Positions 13,519-23,959 of a stretch of DNA of 64,000 nucleotides are shown here, in pieces. The notes under the pieces are model-generated. The model searched no databases and was not told the DNA's origin. It saw nothing but the letters and a program-made list of their open reading frames with translations. The translations under genes were made by a program, and so were the position numbers. Origin of the DNA: Felis catus (taxonomy: Eukaryota); NCBI RefSeq assembly GCF_018350175.1, contig NC_058368.1, forward strand, positions 87,670,001 to 87,734,000, given 5' to 3'. Each line of letters opens with the position of its first letter. Within the stretch, counting starts at the first letter, position 1.

Positions 13519-13682
13519 TCAGTCTCTCTTCTTCCAGCTGCACCCTATTCCTGTTCCTCTGACGTTTCCAGAAAAGACAGGTGGCTCCTGCCACAAGACA
13601 GCTGCTGCAAGCCCCACCACAATGAGGATCACAGGCACCACTGCCCTCCATGCCATTGATGGGAAATTTTTGGGCACCTGGC
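13519..13682 (-). CDS. BTNL10: Copy A TM exon up to the premature stop (GQVPKNFPSMAWRAVVPVILIVVGLAAAVLWQEPPVFSGNVRGTGIGCSWKKRD*)
   Basis: Acceptor ctcttttag. Insertion gtcttgtggca relative to copy B shifts the frame; the original frame (ATCLFWKRQR...EEQLSQG) is still visible. Confidence 0.85.
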
Positions 13683-13849
13683 CTAAAAGAGAGTTTGGGG
13701 AGGCAAGAATACCAGGGTAAGAGAGCACCTGTGTTCTTAGGGCACACAAGCCACAGGGTTCATGGGTCAGGGGGCAGGTGCTTGTGAACTAACCTGACAT
13801 GACCTGAAAACATGTGTGTGCCTTTGTACAGACAGACATGGACACACAG

Positions 13850-14700
13850 GAGAGAGATGGTAGACAAATGGCAAAAGGTTACATACTGAGTGGGTCTGCA
13901 TTCTGTGTATCATTCCTGCAAATTTTCTGAAACTTGAGGTTGTTTAGAAGGAAAATTTTATACAGAGTGAAACTTGGAAGCCCCCAGGTGTCCTTCAGAA
14001 TGTGAATGCATAAACAGGCTGTGGTTCATCCAGACAAGGGAATACTGTTTACTGCCAATACGAAAGGAGCTATCCGTGCAGCCACTGTGGAGAAGATGAT
14101 GGACGTTCCCCCCCAAAATAAAAATAGAACTACCACATCAATCCACTCCTGGGTATTAATCCAAAGAAAATAAAAATATTAACTGAGAAAGATAATGCAC
14201 CCCTACATTTATTGCAGTGTTATTTACAATAGTCAAGATATGGAAACAGCCCAAGTGTCCACCAATGGATGAAAGGATAAAGAAAAAAATATGTATTTGT
14301 ACAACGGGATGCTATTCAGCTATAAACAAGAAGGAAATCCAGGCATTTTCTACAATATGGATGCACCTGAGGGCACTTTGCTAAGTGAAGTTAGACAGGG
14401 GAAAATGTATAGAGTCTCACAGATAAGTGAAATCTAAAATGAAACAAAACACCATCCAAACCTCCAGAAAACCAGAAAGCCTAGTTTATAGATGCAGAGA
14501 ACAGATTGGTGGTTTCCAGAGGTGAAAGATCGGGAAGCTAATGGGTGAAGAGGGTCAAAGGTGCAAACTTCCAGTTTAAAATAAGACCCAGGGAGGTGAC
14601 ATACAGCATGGAAACTATAGTTAACTACTGTGTTGTGTAGTTGGAAGCTGACAGAGACTAGATCTCACAAGGTCTCGTCACAAGGAACTATGCGGAGTAT
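13850..14700 (+). mobile_element. Old L1 3' fragments in the IgC-TM intron of copy A (mirrored at ~51700-52550)
   Basis: ttattgcagtgttatttacaatagtcaagatatggaaacagcccaagtgtcc and L1M-type 3' UTR sequence. Confidence 0.75.
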
Positions 14701-14768
14701 TGGATATTAACTACTGACTGTCTGGGGGTGCTCAGAGATCTTGAGGTCGAATGGAGCAGAACACTCAC

Positions 14769-15050
14769 CAGGTAGGTGGCTCTTGGTCTCCATCCTCTTC
14801 TGGAGGAGGGGGTTGGAGATAGAGCAAGAAAGATTCCCCACGTCCCTGTCCCAGACAATCACATTGGACACCACCGCAAAGAGGCCCGTTGTTGGCGACA
14901 CTGTGAGGTTGGTCGTGGAAGGTAGGGTCTGTCCCCTGAAGTCTCTCCACTCCACCTGGGGCTCTGGGTACCAGCCCTCCGAGGTGCACTCTGCCCTGAT
15001 ACCTTCATCCTGGCCAGCTCGCACTTGGATTCTGGGCTCAGAGCCCAGCC
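14769..15050 (-). CDS. BTNL10: Copy A IgC exon (282 nt)
   Basis: GLGSEPRIQV...AECTSEGWYPEPQVEW...LSCSISNPLL, the butyrophilin IgC signature. Confidence 0.93.
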
Positions 15051-15559
15051 CTGTGGGAAGAGACAGGCTTTGCAGCCTCTGCAACCATTACCATTTCTGA
15101 CAGAAAAGCACAGATCCTGAAAATTTCCAGCAGGTATCAGGGTTTTTCAGACTACTTGCTCTGTGTAATATTTATATGCCATATATGCTACCCTCTTCTG
15201 AGAAACCACAGAACAAAACAGAAAAGGCCCAGGAAGATCAAATACCTTTCCTGTATTGCAAAATCAGTGTCTTTTCCTCTCTGAATCTCTTTCTGCCTCT
15301 GTCCTCCCATCCCTACCTCTGCTACCCCTCTCTCTGGGACAGTGGGGGTAACTTTGAAAAGGAACTAGGTGTCCTGAATGTACCTGTCCTTGTGAAACGC
15401 ATTAGTGCATGCTGTGAGATGCACCCAGGCTGCCACAAACACGTTAGCGCCCGCTGTGGGAAGCGCCCAGGCCAGGGTCATAATGGGACGATCTGCAGCT
15501 GGGGGAAAAGGTCTCAGGCAGACCAGGAGAAGGTCAGGAGCCCCAGCAGCAACCCTCAC

Positions 15560-15913
15560 CTGCCACTCTCAGCCACAGGGTGGCCTCTGCAGACCCTGTG
15601 CTCTCTTTAAACTTGCAGTGGAAGGTCCCATTATCGAACACGGTGACGTTGCGTATGGTCAGCACAGCTTGGTCCTGGGCCAGGCCAGCCGTCCAGAAGG
15701 TCGTCCTGCCCTTATACTGCCACATCTGCTCTTCAGGCATGTCCCTGCCTTTCTTGCGCAGGTGCACGGCTGGGGACGGCTCCTTCCTGTACCACCTCAC
15801 CTCCATGTCCTCCGCACTGATATTGAGGGACAGATGGCATTGCAGCTTCACACTTTCCCCCACCATAGCCAGGACCGGTTGGCCGGGACCAGAGACAGAG
15901 AAATCGGCTTTCC
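15560..15913 (-). CDS. BTNL10: Copy A IgV exon (354 nt)
   Basis: GKADFSVSGP...VKLQCHL...MEVRWYR...YKGRTTF...DNGTFHC; canonical IgV Cys/Trp; AG and gtgagg boundaries. Confidence 0.93.
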
Positions 15914-16200
15914 CTTATGTGGTCATAGCAGAAAGCATGGGTTAGGACAGGTGAGAGGAAACCACGGGCCATCCACCCCACCAGGCACAAGGTCCCCCCC
16001 CCCAACCTGTGCCCAGTGTCTTCCCCTGCCCACGCCCAGGGGACACCCACCCACACCCAGGTTCCCCACCACCACCCCATGCTGGTGCCCAGGGTCCCTA
16101 GGGAAGGACTGCTTGGATCAAGTTCAGCCCTCTACTGTGTTCCTGTCCATGCATGGGGTTCCCTCCTAACATGGGGAAGGGACATGGGGAGCTCTCCTAC

Positions 16201-16294
16201 CCTTTGCAGAGAGGCTGTAGGACAGAAGCTTCAGAAGGAGGAAGATGATGGAGCAGCTGGGTGGAAAGATGTCTCGACCTTGTGTGTTTGCCAT
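16201..16294 (-). CDS. BTNL10: Copy A signal peptide exon (MANTQGRDIFPPSCSIIFLLLKLLSYSLSAK)
   Basis: Kozak cagccATGG, hydrophobic core, gtagga donor. Confidence 0.88.
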
Positions 16295-16356
16295 GGCTGC
16301 TGGAGACAGAGAGGCCTGAGCCCCAGACACTGGAGACAGGGCAGGACTGAGTTAAT

Positions 16357-16495
16357 TTCTGTCTCTCTTGGTTTCTGTCTCTGTCTCTCTCTATTTCTCT
16401 GTTTCTCTCTGTACCTGTCTCTGTCTCTGATTCTCTTTCTGTCTCTGTCTCTCTCGGTTTCTGTCTCTGTCTTTCTCCCTCTGTTTCTATCTTTG

Positions 16496-16526
<31 letters not shown>

Positions 16527-17083
16527 ATCCCTGTCTCTCTGTTTCTATCTCTCTCTGTCTCTGTCTCTATTTCTGTCTTTGTCTCTGTCTGTCTCTGTTT
16601 GTGTGTCTCTTTCTCTGTCCATCTCTGTCTTTCCCTGTCTCTGTCTCTGTCCCTCTGTTTCTGTGTCTGTCTCTCTCTGTATCTCAGCCTCTCTTGGTTT
16701 CTATGTCTCTCTCCAACTATGTTTGTCTCTCTCCTTTTTTTTCTGTCTCTGTCACTCTCTGTCTCTGTCTCCCTTTGTTTCTCTCTGTTTCTGTTTCTGT
16801 CTCTGTCTCTCTCTGTTCCTGTCTCTGTCTCTGTCTATCTCTGTCTGTCACCGTCTCTCTTGGTTTCTATCTCTGTCTCTCTCTGTTTCTGTTTCTGTCT
16901 CTGTCTCTGTTTCTGTCTCTGTCTCTCTCTGTTCCAGTCTGTTTGTCTGCTTCTGTTAGTCTCGGTTTCTATCTTTGTGTTTCCCGGCTTCTCTCCCTGT
17001 CTCTCCCTGTTTCTCTCTCTGTCCCTGTCTGTCTCTGTCTCTCTTTCCCTCTCCTACTCTATCTCTCTCTGTCTCTCTTTCTT

Positions 17084-17120
<37 letters not shown>
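16357..17120. repeat. (CT)n/(CTGT)n low-complexity tract upstream of the copy A signal exon
   Basis: Directly visible; mirrors the GA-rich tract at 48955-49950. Confidence 0.95.
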
Positions 17121-20100
17121 TGGTGGGGGATGAGTCAACACTGGGAGGCTAACGGAAGTGAAGGAAACATGGCTAGGGGAGAGAAAGGTCCCTTTTCACT
17201 ATCTTGGCCCCTCTTACTCCTGCACAAGTTGCTTACCCTAGAGACAGAGACACAACAGTGGCCACCTGATCTTGTGTCCACCTACTTGTGGATGACCTTT
17301 CTCTTGTGGTCATGTGTCTGCAAAACACCATGGACACATCCTCCTGTGAACGGGCTCTGTCTCCTCACCTGTTTGTGTAGGAGCCTTGCCCGACCTCTGG
17401 CTGTGCTCTGTCATGGAACATGAGCACGCTGGGAGAGAAAAACCACCCCCTAGTCAGGTGACTCCAAGGCCAGAAGTACCTCTGTCGACCCCCTTACAGC
17501 CCAAGAAAACTCGCAGTTGGAGGAGGGAGCACTCGAGCCAGAGGGCTCCTATACAGACATGGCCTGAGGCCAGCATGCTCCAAAGATTTATATTTATGAA
17601 CTCAGCTTTGAGAACAAGTGTTCTGAACCACATGTGCTGGTCTGGGCAATTCGGCCCAGCACCTCCTCATGCAGGACTGGCATGAGGAGGTATGTTGGCA
17701 CTTGCCCTCATTCTCTTTCGTGTTTTCCTTCCTTTGGTGAAAGCCTCTGGAGTCTCCCTGTCACTCAAGAATAGGGGAGGAGTGGAGAACACAGACATGT
17801 GGATGAGTACCCTTAAAATAGAAAGTACTCACCTTTCCAAGTAGTAGGGCTGTAGGGCTTCCCAGGGAGATTCTGTGGCTTTGAGGGGATCACTTGACTT
17901 CTCCACAAGTTCCAGGAAGGTGTAGAACAAGTCTTCCAGATGTGATAGGAGAGAGCAGCGGCTGAGCTCCCCAGCTTCTGTAGAATCCTAGGACTTTCTG
18001 GAAAAATGACCAACTGTGCCTTTCTGGAAGGTGCAATAGAAAAAATAAATAAACCAAGGGCTTCTTAAAGGGTGTGTTTGACAGAACTGAACACACTGAG
18101 TGTTGGGGAGCAAGGTCCTGGTAGCAGGAGATAAGGAGAGAGAGAAATACCCAGCAAGGAACCCCCGGGGTAGGGATGGCTGTCTGGGCTGGTGCCAGGA
18201 GCCCCTAGGTGGAGACCTGGCTCTTGAGTGCGAGGATCCAGGCCAAGGGCAGAGGCTGGGATACTCAGATAAAGTTTCTGCATTATCAAAACACCTCCAG
18301 TCCTGGACAGGCTGGGCCTGGTCCCTTTGGGAAAGTTTCTCATGTTCAGGTTGAAGTTGGTCAAATTCTAGCATTCACCCCCCACCCCAGACTCCTGTGC
18401 AGGAATTCAGGCCATCTCCTCCTCCATGTCTGGGGCCATGACAATCTTTCCTCACTGGGGACCTGACTTGGGCTGGGCTCAGAACACTCAGCCCCATTAT
18501 CTCTTGTGTGAGTAAGACACTGGCCTGAACCCTATCTGTTCTTCCCTCCTGTTGACCCAAAAGTCTGCACATTTTCTGGGAGAGTTTTGGAGGGAAAAAA
18601 ACAGTTAGGGAAAGTTTGCGTCCCTCCTGGAGATGGGATATTTGGTTGAATTCAGATTTTTATGGACTGAAGATTTGTGTCCCCTTCCCAAATCTGTGCT
18701 CACACAGGGACTGATGCTGCCAACCCACACCGTCCTCTGTGTTCCTATCAGGAGAGCGAACTATTTGGTAATCAAGCTGCTCCCCTGTTCTATATAAATA
18801 CGAAGAGTTATGCTGCCACTCATTTTCATCTCCCTGTGCATTGCTTTAAGCGGATAATGACATCATCTAAAACCCAGGTTGGGTATACTTCTGAGTCAGG
18901 ATGGAGGACTGGGGATGTGACATTAGAGGAAGCACCTAAGGGGTTTGGCAGCCGTGATGGAATGGATCCTGAAGGTGGGCGCACCTGGACAAGTGGTCCT
19001 TGGTGAGCATGCACATGGTCTGTAGCCTTTTACCTGAGTGGGAAGAGCTCCTGGAGATGGCACCAAGGCCCTCAGGGACAGTGATAAACCCCAGATGGGG
19101 ACGGGCTCCCTGAGTGCAGGTGGAAGGAAGGACACAGGGGGCCCCAGACTTCTACAGTCCCATTGCCATGGCATGTCCAGGACAGGTACATGCAGACAGA
19201 CAGAGAGCAGATTGATGGTTGTCAGGCAGTGGGGATGAGGGGGGAAATATAACCACAAAGCAGTTCGGGGGTTTGTTTTGGCACGAGACCCAGGTGGTGG
19301 CCGTACAAGCCTGTGTCAGTGTGCTGCATGTCACTGGATCGTTCACTTCAATGTGGTTGACTTTGTGTTATGGGAATGTCACCGCAACTGGAAAAAAAGA
19401 AAAAAACAAATGGAAAACACATAAGGTAGAAGGGAAATCTCCAAGTTGCAGGCTCCCGGGCGCCCTCTGCAGGGATGCGTGTGCAGTCCAGCACCCTGCT
19501 CCAGGGATGCACCAAGACCCAGTGAGCTTGCGTGGTCCACCCGCACCTGCACCTGCCTTGAGCCTGGCTCCCTGCAGGATCTGTCCTACAGAGGGCAGAG
19601 GCCCTAGGAGAGCTGAAGGGCCCCTCCCCGTCCCCCCCCCCACCCCGTGCCCACCTGCCCCTGCCACAAGCCAGCCTCTTGCTTCCTGCCCTGGGCTGTG
19701 TTCACAGAGTCTTTTTGGGTCCTCCCAGCATTTAAGCTAGTGTGTGCCCTCCCCCCACCCCATCACGGGTACTTGGCTCAGCTCTCCAAGTACACTGGGA
19801 CTTTATGGCTTGGCCGCAGGCACTGCCTGGGCCACCCCCTTGCAGGACCTACCCCCTCCTCTGGCTCCCTGGCCTCCAGTCCTACAATGGGAGGGTTCCT
19901 TCTGCACATTAGGTCCCTTGTCATGTGATCTCCGAGAGGTCCTTGCGTCTCCTGCACTGACCTCAGTGAACAAGAGGGCAGTGCCTCCACCAGGAAGATC
20001 CTCGGGGACTCCTCCAGGGAAAGAAGCAGTGGGGGGGGGGAGGGGTGGCGTCCCTTAGGCGGACGGTGCAGGTGCCATGTGGTTGGGGCGGGGAGGAAAG

Positions 20101-20139
20101 GTGAGATGTCCTCAGAGAAATACCGCGGTGTCAATGCAA

Positions 20140-20460
20140 TGAAGCGCTTGGGTCATCCAGTTCCTGGTGGTAGTTCTTATCAACATACCTCTGCATGGGG
20201 CCTTTGTGTCCCCGGGAAGGCAAGTGCTTGGGTCATGCAGTGCCCGGTCGTAGTTCTTTCCCACAACCCTCAGCCTGGGGCCTTTGTGGTTCTGGGTAGG
20301 CAAGGGCTTGGGTCATCCAGTGCCTGGTGGTTGTCCTTACCCACACACCTCTGTGTGGGGTCTTTGTGGCCTTGGGAAGGCAAGGACTTGGGTCATCCAG
20401 TGCCTGGTGGTGGTTCTTACCCACAACCCTCTGTGTGGGCCTTTGTGGTCCTGGGAAGGC
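20140..20460. repeat. ~80-bp minisatellite, ~4 units
   Basis: cttgggtcatccagtgcctggtgg... recurs at ~20147, 20228, 20308 and 20387. Confidence 0.85.
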
Positions 20461-20549
20461 TCTCATGAGTATAGGGAGGAAACTCTCCCTTACTTCCTAT
20501 GGAGCCAGGGTGGGGTGGGGGGGTGGAGTGGAGAGGGGCAGTTAATGTC

Positions 20550-20932
20550 TGGCTTCCCTCCCCTTCCCTCGCCCTCCTCCTCCTCCTGGTGCTCACCTCT
20601 CCAACCTCCCCTCCCCCTCCTCCTCTTCATTTCCCAATCCTCCTCTCCTTACTCCTCCACCTCCCCACCCCTACTCCCCTCCCTGTCCTCCTCCCTCATT
20701 CTCTGCCCTCCCCTCCTCCTCCTCTTCTCCCCTCCCTCATGTCTCCTCCCCTCTCATTCCTCCCCTCCCCTCCTACTCTCCATACTCCTTCTCCTCCCTT
20801 CCCTTCCTCCACCTCTTCATTCTACTCCCCCTCTTTCTCCCTATTCTCCCCTCCCCCTCTTCCCTCACTTCCCCCTCCTACCTTCCCTGTCCTCATCTGC
20901 TTCTCTCTCCTCCCTTCACCTCCTCTCTTTCC
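20550..20932. repeat. Polypyrimidine (CCT/CT) tract at the inner edge of the left arm
   Basis: Homologous to the purine tract at 44860-45240. Confidence 0.9.
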
Positions 20933-23390
20933 TTTTTTTTTGATATGAAATTTATTGTCGTATTGGTTTCCATACAACACCCAGTGCTCATCCCAACAGG
21001 TGCTCTCCTCAATATCCATCACCCACCCTCCCCTCACTCCCACCCCCCATCAACCCTCATTTTGTTCTCACTTTTTAAGAGTCTCTTATGGTTTGGCTCC
21101 CTCCTTCTCTAACTTTTTTTTCCTTCCCCTCCCCCATGGTCTTCTGTTAAGTTTCTCAGGATCCACATAACAGTGAAAACTTATGGTATCTTTTTCTCTG
21201 TATGACTTCTTTCACTTAGCATAACATTCTCCAGTTCAATCCACGTTGCTACAAAAGGACATATTTCATTCTTTCTCATTGCCATGTAGTATTCCATTGT
21301 GTATATAAACCACATTTTCTTTATCCACTCATCAGTTGATGGACATTGAGGCTCTATCCATAATTTGGCTATTGTTGAAGATGCTGCTATAAACATTGGG
21401 GTACAAGTGCCTTATGCCTCAGCACTCCTGTATCCCTTGGGTGAATTCCTAGCAGTGCTACTGCTGGGTCATAGGGTAGATCTGTTTTTAATTTTTGGAC
21501 GAACATCCACACTGTTTTCCAGAGCTGCTGCACCAGTTTGCATTCCCACCAAAAATGCAGGAGGGTTCCAATTTCTCCACATCTTTGTCAGGATGTATAG
21601 TCTCCTGATTTTGTTCATTTTAGCCACTCTGACTGGCATGAGGTGATACCTCGGTGTGGTTTTGATTTGTATTTCCCTGATGAGGAGCAACGTTGAGCAT
21701 CTTTTCATGAGCCTGTTGGCCATCTGAATGTCTTCTTTAGAGAAATGTCTATTCGTGTGTTCTACCCATTTCTTCACTGGATTATTTGTTTTTCGGGTGT
21801 GGAGTTTGGTGAGTTCTTTATAGATTTTGGTTGCTAGCCCTTTGTCCGATATGCAAATATCTTTTGCAAATATCTTTTACCATTCCGTCGGTTGCCTTTT
21901 AGTTTTATTGATTGTTTCCTTTGCAGTGCAGAACCTTTTAATCTTCATGAGGTCCCAATCATTCATTTTTGCTTTTAATTCCCTCGCCTTTGGGGATGTG
22001 TAAATAAGAAAGTGCTGCAGCTGAGGTCAGAGAGGTTTTTTCCTGCTTTCTCGTCTAAGGTTTTGATGGTTTCCTGTCTCACATTCAGATCCTTTATCCA
22101 TTTTGAGTTTGTTTTTGTGAATGGTGTAAGAAAGTGGTCTAGTTTCATTCTTCTGCATGTTGCTGTCCAGTTCTCCCAGCACCATTTGTTAAAGAGATTG
22201 TCTTTTTCCATTGGATCTTCTTTCCTGCTTTGTCAAAGATTAGTTGGCCATACTTTTGTGGGTCCAATTATGGGGTCTCTATTCTGTTCCATTGGTCTAT
22301 GTGTCTGTTTTTGTGCCAAAACCATGCTGTCTTGATGGTTACAGCCTTGTAGTAGAGTCTCAAGTCTGGCATTGTGATGCCTCCTGCTTTGGTCTTCTTC
22401 TTCAAAATTACTTTGGCTATTCAGGCTTTTTGTGGTTCCATACAAATTTTAGGATTGCTAGTTCCAGCTTAGAGAAGAATGCTGGTGCAATTTTGATTGG
22501 GATTGCATTGAATGTGTAGATAGCTTTGGGTAGTATTCACATTTTAACAATATTTATTCTTCCAATCCGTGAGCATGGAATGTTTTTTCCATTTCTTTAT
22601 ATCTTCTTCAAGTTCCTTCCTAAGCTTTCTATAGTTTTCAGCAGACAGAACTTCTACATCTTTGGTTAGGTTTATTCCTAGGTATTTTATGATTCTTGTT
22701 GCAATTGTGAATGGAATCGTTTTGTTTTTTTTTTTTTTTTGGCTTTCTGTTGCTTCCTTGTTAGTGTATGAGAATGCAACTGATTTCTGTACATTGATTT
22801 TGTATCCTGCGACTTTGCTGAATTCACATATCAGTTCTAGCAGACTTTTGGTGGAGTCTATCAGTTTTTCCATGTATAATATCATGTCATCTGCAAAAAG
22901 TGAAAGCTTAACTTCATCGTTGTCAATTTTTATGCATTTGATTTCCTTTTGTTGTCTGATTGTTGATGCTAGAACTTCCAACACTATGTTAAACAACAGC
23001 GGTGAGAGTGGATATCCTTGTCATGTTCTGATCTCAGGGAGAAAGCTCTCAGTTTTTCCCCATGGAGGATGATATTAGCTGTGGGCTTTTCATAAATGAC
23101 TTTTATGATGCTTAAGTATGTTCCTTCTATCCCTACTTTCTTGAGGATTTTTATTAAGAGAGGATGCTGAATTTTGTCAAATGCTTTTTCTGCATCGATT
23201 GATAGGATCATATGGTTCTTTTCTTTTGTTTTATTAATGTGATGTATCACACTGATTGATTTGCAAATGTTGAACCAGCCCTGCAGCCCAGGAATGAATC
23301 CCACTTGATCATGGTGAATAATTCTTTTTATATGCTGTTGAATTCGATTTGCTAGTATCTTATGGAGAATTTTTGCATCCATATTCATCT
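20933..23390 (-). mobile_element. 5'-truncated young L1 (ORF2 RT to poly(A))
   Basis: Minus ORFs 22984-23403, 22544-22996 and 21975-22211; T-tail at ~20933-20941. Confidence 0.96.
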
Positions 23391-23399
23391 CAAAGGAAT

Positions 23400-23958
23400 G
23401 CATGCATAATTCTCAAAGAAACTGAATCAGTAATAAAAAATCTCCCAAGACACAAAAATCCAGGGCCAGATGACTTCCTAGTAGAATTACACCAGACATT
23501 TAGAGAAGAGTTAATACTATTCGCAAACAGTTCCAAACAAGTAGAAATGGAAGGAAAAGTTCCAAATTCATTCTATGAGGCCAGGATTACCTTGATTCCA
23601 AAATCAAAGACCCCACTAAAATCCCTGATGAACCTGTATGCAAACCATCTCAACAAGATACTAGCAGATAGAATCCAACAGTACATTAAAAGAAGTATTC
23701 ATCACTATAGAGTGGGATTTATTCCTGGGCTGCAAAGGTGATTCAATATTTGGAAGTCATTCCATGTGAAACATGACATTAATAAAAGAAAGAGTAAAAG
23801 CCATACAGTCCTCTCAGTAGATCCAGAAAAAGCATTTGACAAAATACAGCATCTATCTTGATAAAAACAGCCAACAAAGTAGGGCTAGAGGGAACATACC
23901 TCAACATAATGTGGCCATATATGAAAGACCCATGGCTAATATCATCCTCAATTGAGAA
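23400..23958 (+). mobile_element. Older L1 ORF2 fragment
   Basis: [10 protein letters not shown]...PNSFYEARITLIPK...GFIPGLQ. Confidence 0.85.
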
Positions 23959-23959
23959 A

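Larger units (their letters stand above)
11341..16294 (-). pseudogene. BTNL10: Butyrophilin-like gene copy A (BTNL10-like). Intact signal/IgV/IgC, frameshifted TM exon, predicted 297-aa truncated product ending KKRD*, disrupted B30.2. Pseudogene or truncated functional paralog.
   Basis: Exons 16294-16201, 15913-15560, 15050-14769, 13682-13492, 12777-12754, 12352-12326, 11938-~11341, all with AG/GT and phase-1 junctions. 11-nt insertion in the TM exon (191 vs 180 nt) gives TGA at 13521-13519. 1-nt deletion near 11834. Confidence 0.85.
10358..20930. repeat. Left arm of inverted segmental duplication (pairs with 44860-59770)
   Basis: Reverse-complement match throughout. Identical or near-identical ORF-track translations on opposite strands, e.g. 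11059/58996, 12971/53210, 17813/48071, 18677/47081. Confidence 0.97.

Noticed and set aside
16016..17423. Long ORFs (378 aa, 274 aa) and their mirrors at 48653-50025
   Set aside because: Translations of CT/GA low-complexity repeats (SLSLCL...); they lack stops because of composition.
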